Assembly: GCA_902782615.1 (NCBI GenBank)
Contig: CACZNU010000115.1
Span: forward strand, 1 to 51,712
Source of the DNA: Oscillospiraceae bacterium
Lineage (GTDB): Bacteria > Bacillota > Clostridia > Oscillospirales > Oscillospiraceae
Reading direction: 5' to 3'
Length of the DNA stretch: 51,712 nucleotides
In this document: piece after piece, positions 25,393-35,628 of the stretch
Numbering within the stretch: the first letter of the stretch is position 1
How the letters are laid out: each line of letters begins with the position of its first letter
The notes under the pieces: model-generated
The model's input: the letters and a program-made list of their open reading frames with translations, nothing else
The model's database searches: none
What the model was told of the DNA's origin: nothing
Made by a program: the position numbers and the translations under genes

Positions 25393-26358
25393 TCAGATCC
25401 CGTTGACCACGCGGATGGGCTTGCCCGCCGCGTAGGCGCGCAGGTTCTCCTCCGACATATCCATGATCCGCTGACGGCTCTCCCTGGCCGCCCAGCTGAT
25501 GTGGGGCGTGATAAAGCAGTTTTTGGCGCCCAGCAGGGGATTGTCCCCCCGGATGGGCTCCGAAGACACCACGTCCAGACCGGCGGCGGCCACCTTACCG
25601 GTGTTCAGCGCATCGGCCAGATCCTGCTCCACCATCAGTTGGCCACGACTGTTGTTGAGGAGGATCACGCCGTCCTTCATTTTGGCGATGGTATCCTTAT
25701 TGATGATCCCTTTCGTCTCCGGGAACAGGGGACAGTGGAGGGCGATCACGTCAGAATTGGCCAGCAGCGTGTCCAGATCCACGTATGTGGCGATCCGACG
25801 GCCCTCCTCGCTCTCATGGGGGCTGCAGGCCAGAATCCTCATGCCCATGGCGGCGGCAATCCGGCCGGTGGCCTGTCCAATGCGGCCGAAGCCGATGATG
25901 CCCATGGTCTTGTCGTGGAGCTCGATCAGAGGATAGTCCCAGAAGCACCAGTCGGGGCTGTTCTGCCAGCGTCCGGCGTGGACGGCCTCGGAGTGGTGCG
26001 CCACGTGGTGACAGATCTCCAGCAGAAGGGCGATGGCGAACTGGGCTACGGCGGCGGTGCCGTAGGCGGGCACGTTGGAGACAGGAATGCCCCGTCCGGC
26101 GGCGTAGGCCACGTCCACCACGTTGTAGCCGGTGGCCAGGACGGAGATGTATTTCACGCCGGGGCAGGCGTCAATAACGGCCCTGTCAATGGGACACTTG
26201 TTGGTGAAGACCACCTCCGCATCGGCGATGCGCCGGATGATCTCCTCCGGATCATCGGTGGTGCGGTCGTAGACGGTGAGCTCTCCGTATTGAGCCAGAC
26301 CCTCCCAGCTGAGATCACCGGGATTTTCGATGCTGCCGTCCAGAACGACGATTTTCAT
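25393..26358 (-). CDS. D-2-hydroxyacid dehydrogenase (glycerate dehydrogenase/hydroxypyruvate reductase type)
   Basis: GIIGFGRIG, LHCPL, NNSRG, DV...EP, TPHISW. Confidence 0.92.
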   Translation of the reverse strand: MKIVVLDGSIENPGDLSWEGLAQYGELTVYDRTTDDPEEIIRRIADAEVVFTNKCPIDRAVIDACPGVKYISVLATGYNVVDVAYAAGRGIPVSNVPAYGTAAVAQFAIALLLEICHHVAHHSEAVHAGRWQNSPDWCFWDYPLIELHDKTMGIIGFGRIGQATGRIAAAMGMRILACSPHESEEGRRIATYVDLDTLLANSDVIALHCPLFPETKGIINKDTIAKMKDGVILLNNSRGQLMVEQDLADALNTGKVAAAGLDVVSSEPIRGDNPLLGAKNCFITPHISWAARESRQRIMDMSEENLRAYAAGKPIRVVNGI

Positions 26359-26498
26359 GGGGATCCCTCCTCGCATTTCATGGAACTATTTTTGCACATT
26401 CGACGGGTGAAGTCAATGGCGGCGCCTTTCCGTTGACGAAAGGCGCCGGCGGATGTATAGTAATAGACGAAACACAACGAAGCTGAGGAGGCGCAAAG

Positions 26499-27899
26499 AT
26501 GCTGAAAGAGCGTTTGGAGGAATATTTTGCCCGGCACCGGCAGGAGATGGTGGAGGATATCTGCCGCCTGGTGCGGATCGACAGCGTGAAGGGGGAGGCC
26601 CGGCCCGGTCAGCCCTTCGGCCCCGGCCCCGCCGCGGCGCTGGATGCCGCCATGGACATGGCCCGGAGCATGGGTTTTGCCACCCGAAACTGGGACGGCT
26701 ACGTGGGCACCGTAGATTACGGACCTGGCCCCCGTCAGCTGGACATGCTGGCCCATTTGGACGTGGTGCCTGTGGGCAACGACTGGACGGTGACAACGCC
26801 TTTCGCCCCGGTGGAGAAGGACGGCCTGCTCTACGGCCGCGGCACGGCGGACGACAAGGGCCCGGCGGTGGCCGCCCTGTACGCCCTCCGAGCCGTAAAG
26901 GATCTGGGTATCCCCCTGCAGAGAAGTGCCCGCCTGATTCTGGGCACCGACGAGGAGAGCGGCAGCGCCGACATCGCCCACTATTATGCTACAGAGGCGG
27001 AGGCGCCCATGACCTTCTCCCCGGATGCGGATTATCCCGTCATCAATATCGAAAAGGGCCGTGCCCAGGGCAACTTTACCGCCCACTGGGAGGAAAGCTC
27101 CGCTCTGCCCCGTCTGGTGAGTTTCCACGCCGGTACCCGGGCCAACGTGGTGCCCGGCGTGGCGGACGCGGTGGTGGCGGGCCTGCCCGCCGATGAGATC
27201 CGCTCCGCGGCGAAGGCGGTCACCGATGAGATCGGCGTCAGCTTTGAACTGGCCGAAACCGAAGATGGCACCGCCATCCACGCTGCAGGTGAGAGCTCTC
27301 ACGCCTCCGAGCCCATGCACGGCAACAACGCCCTGACGGGCCTCATGACCCTGCTGTGTCATCTGCCTCTGGCGGAGGACGGCGCCACCGCCCGCATCCG
27401 CGCGTTGGCGGGGATCTTCCCCCACGGGGACAGCCGGGGCGCGGCGGCGGGCATCGCCAGGGATCACGCCGAGTCCGGCCCCACCACCCTGGCCTGCACG
27501 GTGCTCCACCTGGAGGGAACCGAACTGAACGGCCAGTTCGACGGCCGCACCGCCATCGGGGCCACCCGGGAGAACACCGCCGACGTTCTGACGGCAAAAA
27601 TGGCGGAGCGGGGTATCACCCTGGACTGCCGCTGCCGGCCGGAGCACTATGTGCCGGCGGATGCGCCCATTGTCCGGGAGCTGCTGAAATGCTATGAGGA
27701 GTACACCGGCAAAAAAGGCGAGCCCCTGGCCATCGGCGGCGGCACCTACGTCCACCACCTGAAGAACGGCGTGGCCTTCGGCTGCGCCATGCCCGGGGTG
27801 GACAACCGGATGCACGGGGCGGATGAGTTCGCCGTGGTGGACGATCTGATCCTCAGCGCCCAGATGTTTGCCCAGGCCATCGTGGACCTGTGCGGATGA
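26499..27899 (+). CDS. pepV: M20 dipeptidase, PepV/Sapep family
   Basis: AHLDVVP, GRGTADDKGP, GTDEESG, GGGTY, MHGADE. Confidence 0.85.
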   Translation: MLKERLEEYFARHRQEMVEDICRLVRIDSVKGEARPGQPFGPGPAAALDAAMDMARSMGFATRNWDGYVGTVDYGPGPRQLDMLAHLDVVPVGNDWTVTTPFAPVEKDGLLYGRGTADDKGPAVAALYALRAVKDLGIPLQRSARLILGTDEESGSADIAHYYATEAEAPMTFSPDADYPVINIEKGRAQGNFTAHWEESSALPRLVSFHAGTRANVVPGVADAVVAGLPADEIRSAAKAVTDEIGVSFELAETEDGTAIHAAGESSHASEPMHGNNALTGLMTLLCHLPLAEDGATARIRALAGIFPHGDSRGAAAGIARDHAESGPTTLACTVLHLEGTELNGQFDGRTAIGATRENTADVLTAKMAERGITLDCRCRPEHYVPADAPIVRELLKCYEEYTGKKGEPLAIGGGTYVHHLKNGVAFGCAMPGVDNRMHGADEFAVVDDLILSAQMFAQAIVDLCG

Positions 27900-27908
27900 G
27901 TGAAAATA

Positions 27909-27947
27909 AAAAGCCGGAGCGGGTATGTGCCCGCACCGGCTTTTTTT
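27909..27947 (+). terminator. Intrinsic terminator
   Basis: AAAAGCCGG.GCGGG...CCCGC.CCGGCTTTTTTT. Confidence 0.75.
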
Positions 27948-28096
27948 GCTGCAGGCGTCCAGGTAAAGATACTCTGTGACCTCATGAAAACGGGCAGCGG
28001 GAGCCGGCCTTTCCCCGGGGGCATTGCCCCGTTGCCCACAGAGGAAAAATCTGGTATGATAAAAAGAAAAATACAATCTGGAAGGAGGCTGGATCC

Positions 28097-29455
28097 ATGC
28101 TGGATATTCTGATCAAAAACGGCACATATCCGGTTTTTCCCCGGAATACCATGGAGTGCGGAAACGTGGGCATCGAGAACGGCACCATCACCTATCTGGG
28201 CGGCGGTGAGCCGGCGGCGCGGCGCGTGATCGACGCGGCCGGGAAGGTGGTATCCCCCGGCTTCATCGACATCCACATGCATGAGGAGAAGTTCCGAAAG
28301 GAGGGCGATCACTACTGTATCGCCAATCTGATGCTGGCCATGGGCGTGACCACCGGCCTGGGCGGCAACTGCGGCGATCTCTTTCAGGAGGTGGACTACT
28401 TCCGCCGCACGGTGGAGAATCTGGGCGGCGCCCCCATCAACTATCTGCTCCAGTCCGGCTATAACATCTACCGCCAGGCCCTGGGCATCGGCTGGCACGA
28501 GGCGGCCACGGCGGAGCAGATCCGGCAGATTAAGGAGAAGATCCGGGCAGATCTGGCGGCCGGGGCCATCGGTCTGTCCTTCGGTATCGAATATGCCCCC
28601 GGCATGGCCACCGAGGAGATCCTGTCGGCCCTGACCTGTCTGGAGGACCCGGGCCTGTACGTGTCCGCCCACTACCGCCACGATTCCACCCGGGCCATCG
28701 AGGCCATCCGGGAGATGATTCTCATCGCCGACAGCATCCCCCAGAAGTTCCAGATCTCCCACCTGTCCAGCTGCTCGGCCATGGGACAGATGGACGAGGC
28801 CCTGGCCGTCATCAATGAGGCCATCGACCGCAATCCCCGTCTGGACTACGACACCTATCCCTACAACGCCTTCTCCACCCGGATCGGTACTACCGTGTTT
28901 GAACCCGGCTGCCTGGAGACCTGGGGCAAGGATTACGGTGATATTCTGCTGACCCAGCCGCCCTATGAGGGCGTTCGCTGCACGAAGGAGATTTTCGACG
29001 ACGCCCGGGCCAACTATCCCGACATGCTGACGGTGGCCTTCGCCATGGATGAGGACGAGATCCGCAAGTCCATCGTCAACCGCCACGGCATGGTGGCCAG
29101 CGACGGCATTCTGTCGGGCGGCAAGGGCCATCCCCGTGCCGGCGGCACCTTCCCCCGGCTGCTGGGCAAATACGTCCGGGAGGAGGGGGCCCTGCCTCTG
29201 ATCGACGCCCTGCGGAAGATCACCCTGGAGCCGGCAAAAAGGCTGGATCTGGACCGGAAAGGCCGTATTGAATCGGGCGCCGACGCCGACATCACCATAT
29301 TCGATCCGAAAACGGTGATCGACGGCGCCACCTGGACCGACCCGAAGATCCAGCCGGAGGGCATCGACTACGTGCTTCTGGCCGGACAGGTGGCCATGGA
29401 CCACAAGAAGGTCGTCAACGACCGCCTGGGCCGCTTCATTCCCTACCGCCGCTGA
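28097..29455 (+). CDS. Amidohydrolase (N-acyl-D-amino-acid deacylase-like)
   Basis: PGFIDIHMH, GGNCG, ASDG, GHPRAGGTFPR, GADADITIFDP. Confidence 0.88.
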   Translation: MLDILIKNGTYPVFPRNTMECGNVGIENGTITYLGGGEPAARRVIDAAGKVVSPGFIDIHMHEEKFRKEGDHYCIANLMLAMGVTTGLGGNCGDLFQEVDYFRRTVENLGGAPINYLLQSGYNIYRQALGIGWHEAATAEQIRQIKEKIRADLAAGAIGLSFGIEYAPGMATEEILSALTCLEDPGLYVSAHYRHDSTRAIEAIREMILIADSIPQKFQISHLSSCSAMGQMDEALAVINEAIDRNPRLDYDTYPYNAFSTRIGTTVFEPGCLETWGKDYGDILLTQPPYEGVRCTKEIFDDARANYPDMLTVAFAMDEDEIRKSIVNRHGMVASDGILSGGKGHPRAGGTFPRLLGKYVREEGALPLIDALRKITLEPAKRLDLDRKGRIESGADADITIFDPKTVIDGATWTDPKIQPEGIDYVLLAGQVAMDHKKVVNDRLGRFIPYRR

Positions 29456-29481
29456 CCGAACAGGAGTGCTGCGAAAACCCA

Positions 29482-29521
29482 GACCGCCCCGCAAAAAGAG
29501 GCCTTTGCGGGGCGGTTTTTT
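29482..29521 (+). terminator. Intrinsic terminator
   Basis: ACCGCCCCGCAAA...TTTGCGGGGCGGT-TTTTT. Confidence 0.8.
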
Positions 29522-29641
29522 GTTGATTTTAGCGGTAGTCTGCCCTATAATATGGTCATGAACCATACCGGACCCGGGGAGAGGGGGGTGCTGACAAGGC
29601 ACATGCCGATCCCCGATGAAAGGGAAAAAGGAGACGAGAAA

Positions 29642-30844
29642 ATGGAACACCTGGATCCTGCAGTAAACAGCTTTCTCAACGGCCCCGCGAAGCCTGTGAG
29701 CAATGGCACCGTCACGCCTGACGGCGTGGATCTGAAAAAGAGCTTTCTCTATTCCCGCATTGATGTGATGCGCAGCGCCACCGAGGGCTTTTCCTACGAG
29801 CAGCTGAGCAACGTGGCCCAGAGCCTGGCCAGCGTGGACTGCGAAAAGTTCGCCAAGGCCCATCCGGATTTCCCGGCTTTTAACGAGCTGATGTATATCC
29901 GGGGCGGCATCGAGGAGGAGGGCACCCCCGGCTACAACAACTATGCCCTATACACCAACATGTTCCCCGATCCGGTGCCCGCCGTTACCCGTGCGGTGGA
30001 TGAGATGACCAAGTGGTGCGCCGCCCACCCGGAGGACAGCCTGGCCCAGGTGACGTTGGGCCAGTTTGAAGAGCTGCGGGGCGACAGGGAGTCGGTGAAC
30101 CGGCGTCTGTATCAGGTGCTGGTGAACGAGAGCAAGGGCATAAAGAATGACGACGCCATGCTCCTCTGGGCCCAGCTGGCGATCATCTGCGACTTTGACG
30201 GCTGGATCAACCGCACCTACGGCATCCCCACCCCGGTCAAGAGCGAGGCGGCAGCTCCCCAGGAGAGCACCCGCAGCACCGGCGGAGTCAAGACGGGGGC
30301 CGCCACCGTTTCCTCCAAGGTGACCGGTCAGGTCAATGCTCTGCCCCTGGCCCGGAAGGTGGCCTTCCTGGCGGCAGCCGGCGCCACTGTGGTGTATCTG
30401 CTTCGGACCTTTGCCAACTTTTCCCACCTGTTTCTGGCCCTCGCCGCCGCCCTGCTGGCCTATCTGATCCTGAAGGGCAAGGATCTGGAGAAGGGCAGTG
30501 TCGTCATGGCGGTGCCCAAGACGATCACGGCGGTCATGGGTCTCCTGTCTCTCATCAGCATCCTGCGATGGTGGAGACCGTCTATCCTGTTCTTCCTGCC
30601 CGCCCTGCTGGGCATCGCCATTGCGGTGGTGCTGTGGCTGGTGGTGCTGGGCCGGATGCCGGAGCGTCGGAAGGCGGCTGTGCTGCTGGTGGGCGGACTG
30701 GTCGTGGAGATGGCTCTGGGCCTCCTGTTTGGCGGCCGGGGCTTCGGCAATTTCCTCAGCATGCTGGCCGGTTTGGCCTTCAACTTCGCCTATCTGGTGA
30801 TCGCATACCTGACCTACAAGGACGCTCTGAAGGGAAGCAAGTGA
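29642..30844 (+). CDS. Hypothetical protein: soluble N-terminal domain plus ~6 C-terminal TM helices
   Basis: AAGGAG RBS, host-like codon usage, no family recognised. Confidence 0.75.
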   Translation: MEHLDPAVNSFLNGPAKPVSNGTVTPDGVDLKKSFLYSRIDVMRSATEGFSYEQLSNVAQSLASVDCEKFAKAHPDFPAFNELMYIRGGIEEEGTPGYNNYALYTNMFPDPVPAVTRAVDEMTKWCAAHPEDSLAQVTLGQFEELRGDRESVNRRLYQVLVNESKGIKNDDAMLLWAQLAIICDFDGWINRTYGIPTPVKSEAAAPQESTRSTGGVKTGAATVSSKVTGQVNALPLARKVAFLAAAGATVVYLLRTFANFSHLFLALAAALLAYLILKGKDLEKGSVVMAVPKTITAVMGLLSLISILRWWRPSILFFLPALLGIAIAVVLWLVVLGRMPERRKAAVLLVGGLVVEMALGLLFGGRGFGNFLSMLAGLAFNFAYLVIAYLTYKDALKGSK

Positions 30845-30865
30845 TCCCGATGGGAGCAAATGGAC

Positions 30866-30904
30866 AAAAAGAACCGGAGCTCTGATGAGCTCCGGTTCTT
30901 TTTT
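30866..30904. terminator. Bidirectional terminator
   Basis: AAAAAGAACCGGAGCTC-TGAT-GAGCTCCGGTTCTTTTTT. Confidence 0.85.
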
Positions 30905-30906
30905 CT

Positions 30907-32022
30907 TTATTCAGTGGCCAGGACCTTGAACAGATCCACTGCCGTCGGCAGCAGGCGGTCGTTGAAGTCGTATTCCCGGGTGTGGAGCGGAGAATAGCTC
31001 TCTCCGCTGCCCAGATAGAAGATGGCGCCGGGACAGATCTTGGTGTAATACCCAAAGTCTTCGGAGGCCCGCCACAGCTTCGTCATGGCCAGCGTCGGGA
31101 TGTTCAGCTTTTGCGCGGCGCGGATGACCCGGTCCAGGCAGAAGTCGTGATTCCGGGTTTCGGGGAAACGGTCGGTGATCTGGTGTGCCGCGGTCAGACC
31201 GGTCTCCTCCGCCAGGGCGTCGGCATATTGCAGCAGGATAGACTCCAGATTCTCCAGTTCAGACTCCTCCTCGGCCCGGAGGGTCATCCGTACCTCTCCG
31301 TCCCCGGCGGAGATGCCGAAATCTCCTGTACCCACCCGGACCCCTGTTACGGTACACAGTACCATGCCCCGGTGTGGGGCAGCGGCCAGTTCCCCGGCGC
31401 GCAGAACCAATCGGGAGGCGGCCTCTGCCGGGTTAATGCCCAACTCCGGGGCGCTGGCGTGGGACTGACGGCCGCGGAGGGTGATGGACAGGCCTTCCGA
31501 GGCGGGTTGGGTCAGGCCGCGGCGGTAGATCACCGTCCCCTCCGGGTAGCCGCCCAGATTGTGGAAGGCGTAGATTTCGCCGATGCTCTTTTCCCGGAGC
31601 AGCTCCGCACATCGCCGGGCGCCCTGGCCAATCTCCTCCGCCGGCTGGAAGATGAGATACACGGTGCGGGAAAGGGTCAGCTTGTCCAGCTCCAGCGCCA
31701 GACCGCACAGCGCGGCGCTGTGACCATCGTGGCCGCACTTGTGGGCGATGCCGGGGCAGAGGGAACCATGGGGCAGGGGGATGCCCTCGTCGATGGGCAG
31801 GGCGTCCGTGTCCGCCCGGAAGGCAATGGGGGCTTCGGCGGGGGAGGGTGCCTCCTTCATCGCGTAAAACCAGCCATCCCGGTCCACGACGGTCAGGGAG
31901 GTGTTCTCCCGCAGAAAGGCCTTGAGCCGCGCCATGGTGCCCTGCTCCCGGCCGGACAGCTCCGGATGTCGGTGCAGCTGGTGGCGCAGAGCGGTGATTT
32001 TTGCCAGATCGATCTCATTCAT
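30907..32022 (-). CDS. M20D family amidohydrolase
   Basis: LHRHPELSG.E, RADTDALP, HKCGHDGH, FQPAEE, SEDF. Own TTGACA-N17-TAGAAT promoter (32082-32054). Confidence 0.9.
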   Translation of the reverse strand: MNEIDLAKITALRHQLHRHPELSGREQGTMARLKAFLRENTSLTVVDRDGWFYAMKEAPSPAEAPIAFRADTDALPIDEGIPLPHGSLCPGIAHKCGHDGHSAALCGLALELDKLTLSRTVYLIFQPAEEIGQGARRCAELLREKSIGEIYAFHNLGGYPEGTVIYRRGLTQPASEGLSITLRGRQSHASAPELGINPAEAASRLVLRAGELAAAPHRGMVLCTVTGVRVGTGDFGISAGDGEVRMTLRAEEESELENLESILLQYADALAEETGLTAAHQITDRFPETRNHDFCLDRVIRAAQKLNIPTLAMTKLWRASEDFGYYTKICPGAIFYLGSGESYSPLHTREYDFNDRLLPTAVDLFKVLATE

Positions 32023-32281
32023 GTTGCCAACCCTCCCCTGTTGATGTGGGACCATTCTACCCCTCCCGGCGGGCACTGTCAATCGGCGCGGGGGGGGGGA
32101 GGGGCTACTACCAAATTGTATCCGTTTTGAGTGACTTTTTTCTTGCGTTTTCCTGAAAGGTATAGTATAATTTCGTCCGGCTTGAAAACTGAATATCGCA
32201 ACCAAAGTTTTCTTGCGAAACTTGGTGCCTCCCGGCACCGCACATTGACCCCGTCAGGGGCAGTGATGAAAGGAGAACAAC

Positions 32282-33802
32282 ATGAAAAAGAGAATTTTGG
32301 CCATTTTCCTTGTTCTGGGGATGCTGCTGACCCTGCTGGCCGGCTGCGGCGGCAAGTCGGCGGAGACCCCGGAAAAACGGGCGGAAGCCAACGCGATCAC
32401 CGTCGGCATTGCCCAGGACCTTGACGACAGTCTTGACCCCCACAAAGCGGTGGCGGCAGGAACCAAAGAAGTCATGTTCAACGTTTTTGAAGGGCTTGTC
32501 AAGCCCACTTCCGAGGGAGAACTCGTTCCTGCTGTCGCATCCGACGTCCGTGTGGAGAACGGCGGCCTGACGTATATCTTTACCCTGCGTCAGGGCGTGA
32601 AATTCCACAACGGCGACACGGTGGATATGCAGGACGTTTTGTTTTCTGTGGGCCGCTGCGCCGGTCTTGATGGGTCCGATCCGCTGATCCCGGCCCTGGC
32701 CGCCATTGATGCCATGGAGGGCGAGGGCGACACCCTCACCATCACCCTGAAGGAGCCCAACCTGGAGTTCCTGGCCTATATGACTCTGGCCATCCTGCCG
32801 GCAGACTACGACCAGCAGGACACCCAGCCCGTGGGCACGGGTCCCTTTAAGTTCGTCTCCCGCGTGGCTCAGGACAGCATCGTTCTGGAGCGCTTCGAGG
32901 ACTACTGGGGCACCCCCGCCAAGCTGGATAAGGTGACCTTCAAAATCATCGAGAAGGCCGACGGCCTGGTCCGCGGTCTTCAGAGCGGTGCGCTGGACCT
33001 GGTGTCCCACATGACCACCACCCAGACCAAGCAGCTGAAAAAGGACGCCTTCCACGTGGAGGAGGGCAGCATGAACCTGGTGCAGGCCCTGTATCTGAAC
33101 AATTCCGTCAAGCCCTTTGACGACGTGCGGGTCCGCCAGGCCCTGTGCTACGCCGTCGACAAGCGGGGTATCATCGACATGGCCTTCGACGGCTATGGCA
33201 TCCCCCTGGGCACCTCTATGTTCCCCTCCTTCGGCAAGTACTATGACGAGAGCCTGACCGACTACTATCCCCACGACACGGCCAAGGCCAAGGAACTGCT
33301 GACCCAGGCCGGCTATCCTGACGGCTTTGAGATGACCATCACCGTGCCCGCCAACTATCAGCCCCACGTGGACACCGCACAGGTCATCGTGGAGCAGCTC
33401 AAGGAAGTGGGCATCACCGCCACCATCCTGCCTGTGGAGTGGAACAGCTGGCTCAGCGACGTATACGGCAAGAGCGAGTTCCAGAGCACCATCACCGGCC
33501 TTACCAGCGACAACATGACGGCCCGGAAGCTGCTGGAGCGCTTCAACACCCAGGCCGGCAACAACTTTACCAAATATGACGATCCGGCCTATGACGAGCT
33601 GTTTGCCAAGGCCGTCTCCGCCGCCAGCGATGCCGAGCAGGTGGAGATCTACCGCCAGATGGAGCGGAATCTGACCGAGAACGCCGCCAACGTCTATATC
33701 CAGGATATGGCCGATCTGGTGGCCGTCCGCACCGGGGTGGAGGGCTTGACCTTCTATCCGCTGTACGTGCTGGATGTATCCACCCTGTACTGGGATAAGT
33801 AA
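32282..33802 (+). CDS. Opp/Dpp/Nik-family ABC substrate-binding lipoprotein
   Basis: Lipobox LAGC, LDPH, FTLRQGVKFHNG, PVGTGPFK. Confidence 0.92.
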   Translation: MKKRILAIFLVLGMLLTLLAGCGGKSAETPEKRAEANAITVGIAQDLDDSLDPHKAVAAGTKEVMFNVFEGLVKPTSEGELVPAVASDVRVENGGLTYIFTLRQGVKFHNGDTVDMQDVLFSVGRCAGLDGSDPLIPALAAIDAMEGEGDTLTITLKEPNLEFLAYMTLAILPADYDQQDTQPVGTGPFKFVSRVAQDSIVLERFEDYWGTPAKLDKVTFKIIEKADGLVRGLQSGALDLVSHMTTTQTKQLKKDAFHVEEGSMNLVQALYLNNSVKPFDDVRVRQALCYAVDKRGIIDMAFDGYGIPLGTSMFPSFGKYYDESLTDYYPHDTAKAKELLTQAGYPDGFEMTITVPANYQPHVDTAQVIVEQLKEVGITATILPVEWNSWLSDVYGKSEFQSTITGLTSDNMTARKLLERFNTQAGNNFTKYDDPAYDELFAKAVSAASDAEQVEIYRQMERNLTENAANVYIQDMADLVAVRTGVEGLTFYPLYVLDVSTLYWDK

Positions 33803-33868
33803 AGAGTAACTGCGCGAGGGCAGGGGGCTTGTCCCCTCTGCCCTTGCGGTATTTGGAGGAAAGCGCCC

Positions 33869-34819
33869 GTGAAATACGCGCTCAAACGAATTCTGACGCT
33901 GCTGGTAACGATGCTGCTGGTATCGTTCCTCACCTACGCGGCCTTCGAGGTGATCTCCGGCGACCCGGCGGAGGCGATCCTGGGCACCGAGGCCACGCCG
34001 GAGCGTCTGGCCGCTCTGCGCCATGAGATGGGACTGGATCGCCCCTTCCTGACCCGGTATATCGGCTGGCTGACCGGTTTCTTCTCCGGAAACCTTGGCA
34101 TCTCTTACCGCTATCACCAGCCGGTGTGGGAGCTGATCGGCCCCAAGCTGGAGATCACCCTGTGCATGTGCCTGGTGAGCTTCATCATCATCGCGGTGAT
34201 ATCCGTACCCCTGGCCATCTGGTCCTACCGCTTTGTGGGCGGACCCTTTGACTGGATCCGCACCGCCTTCAACCAGCTGTGCATGGCGGTGCCGCCCTTC
34301 TTTACCGGCATCCTGATCTCCTGGCTGTTCGGCATCGTGCTGCGGCTGTTTGTGCCGGGGGACTTCCCGGATCTGCACACCGATTTCGGCGCGGCGCTGG
34401 GCCATCTGTTCTTTGCTGCCATCTGTCTCTGTATCCCGCGCACCGCCATGACCGTCCGCATGATGCGCAGCACAGTCATCGGCGAGATGCAGAAGGCCTA
34501 TGTCCGCACGGCGATCTCCCGCGGCAACGACCGGCGAGCTGTGCTGAACCGCCACGTGCTGAAGAACTCCCTCACCTCCGCTGTTACCTTCCTGGGCCAG
34601 ACCATGGCCGAGTTGATCGGCGGCAGCGTGGTGGTGGAGCAGGTGTTCGGCATCCCCGGCCTGGGCCGGCTGCTGGTGGCCTCCATCTCCACACGGGACT
34701 ACCCGGTGGTGCAGACGGTGGTGGTCATCCTGGCCTTCTGGGTGGTGCTGGCGGGTACTGTCGCGGATCTTGTCAACCAGCGGATCGACCCGCGGCTGCG
34801 GCTGGGAGGTGACGCGTGA
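33869..34819 (+). CDS. Opp/Dpp ABC permease (B-type)
   Basis: GDPA..ILG, GLDRP, EQVFGIPGLG, RDYPVVQ. Confidence 0.92.
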   Translation: MKYALKRILTLLVTMLLVSFLTYAAFEVISGDPAEAILGTEATPERLAALRHEMGLDRPFLTRYIGWLTGFFSGNLGISYRYHQPVWELIGPKLEITLCMCLVSFIIIAVISVPLAIWSYRFVGGPFDWIRTAFNQLCMAVPPFFTGILISWLFGIVLRLFVPGDFPDLHTDFGAALGHLFFAAICLCIPRTAMTVRMMRSTVIGEMQKAYVRTAISRGNDRRAVLNRHVLKNSLTSAVTFLGQTMAELIGGSVVVEQVFGIPGLGRLLVASISTRDYPVVQTVVVILAFWVVLAGTVADLVNQRIDPRLRLGGDA

Positions 34820-35628
34820 TGAAGAAAAAGCTCAACGCATATCTGCTGGCGGGCCTTATCATCACGGGCCTGCTCCTGCTGATGACGCTGATCGGCGCCT
34901 TCCACACCCCCTATGATCCCAACGCCATGGATTCGCTGGCCAAATTCCAGCATCCCGGAGGGTCGCATATCTTCGGCACGGACAATTTCGGCCGGGACAT
35001 CTTCAGCCGCGTCCTGAAGGGCAGCGGCACCACCCTGGCCATTGCCCTGGCCACGGTGGCCATCGGCGCTGTGTTCGGTACGCTGATCGGTGCCTTGACA
35101 GGCTATTTCGGCGGTATCGTGGACGACACGCTGATGCGGCTCAACGACGCACTCACCGCCTTTCCCAGCATCCTGCTGGCCCTGCTGGTGATCAGCCTCG
35201 TGGGGCCGGGCAAGTACAATGTGGTGCTGGCTCTGGGACTGGTGTTCATTCCCAGCTTCGCCCGGGTCACCCGCACGGCTTTCGCCGGGCTGCGGGACGT
35301 GAATTACATCACCAGCGCCCGGCTGATGGGCGCCTCCAACCTCCGCATCCTGGCGGTGCACATGCTGCCCAACACCATGCGCGTCCTGCTGCCCGCCATC
35401 ACCATCGGCTTCAACAACGCCGTGCTGGCGGAGGCCAGCATGAGCTTCCTGGGTATCGGCGTCACCCCGCCGGACGCCTCCTTGGGCTATATGCTCTCGG
35501 AGGCCCAGAGCATGTTCGCCCGGGCACCCTGGTATGCCCTCTGCACCGGCGGCGTCATCGCGGCGCTGGTGTTCGGCGCCGGCCTGATCGGCGAGGGCTT
35601 GCAGAAGATGGACAGGGAGGTGGCGTGA
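34816..35628 (+). CDS. Opp/Dpp ABC permease (C-type)
   Basis: HIFGTDNFGRDIFSR, HMLPN, EASMSFLG. Confidence 0.92.
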   Translation: MMKKKLNAYLLAGLIITGLLLLMTLIGAFHTPYDPNAMDSLAKFQHPGGSHIFGTDNFGRDIFSRVLKGSGTTLAIALATVAIGAVFGTLIGALTGYFGGIVDDTLMRLNDALTAFPSILLALLVISLVGPGKYNVVLALGLVFIPSFARVTRTAFAGLRDVNYITSARLMGASNLRILAVHMLPNTMRVLLPAITIGFNNAVLAEASMSFLGIGVTPPDASLGYMLSEAQSMFARAPWYALCTGGVIAALVFGAGLIGEGLQKMDREVA

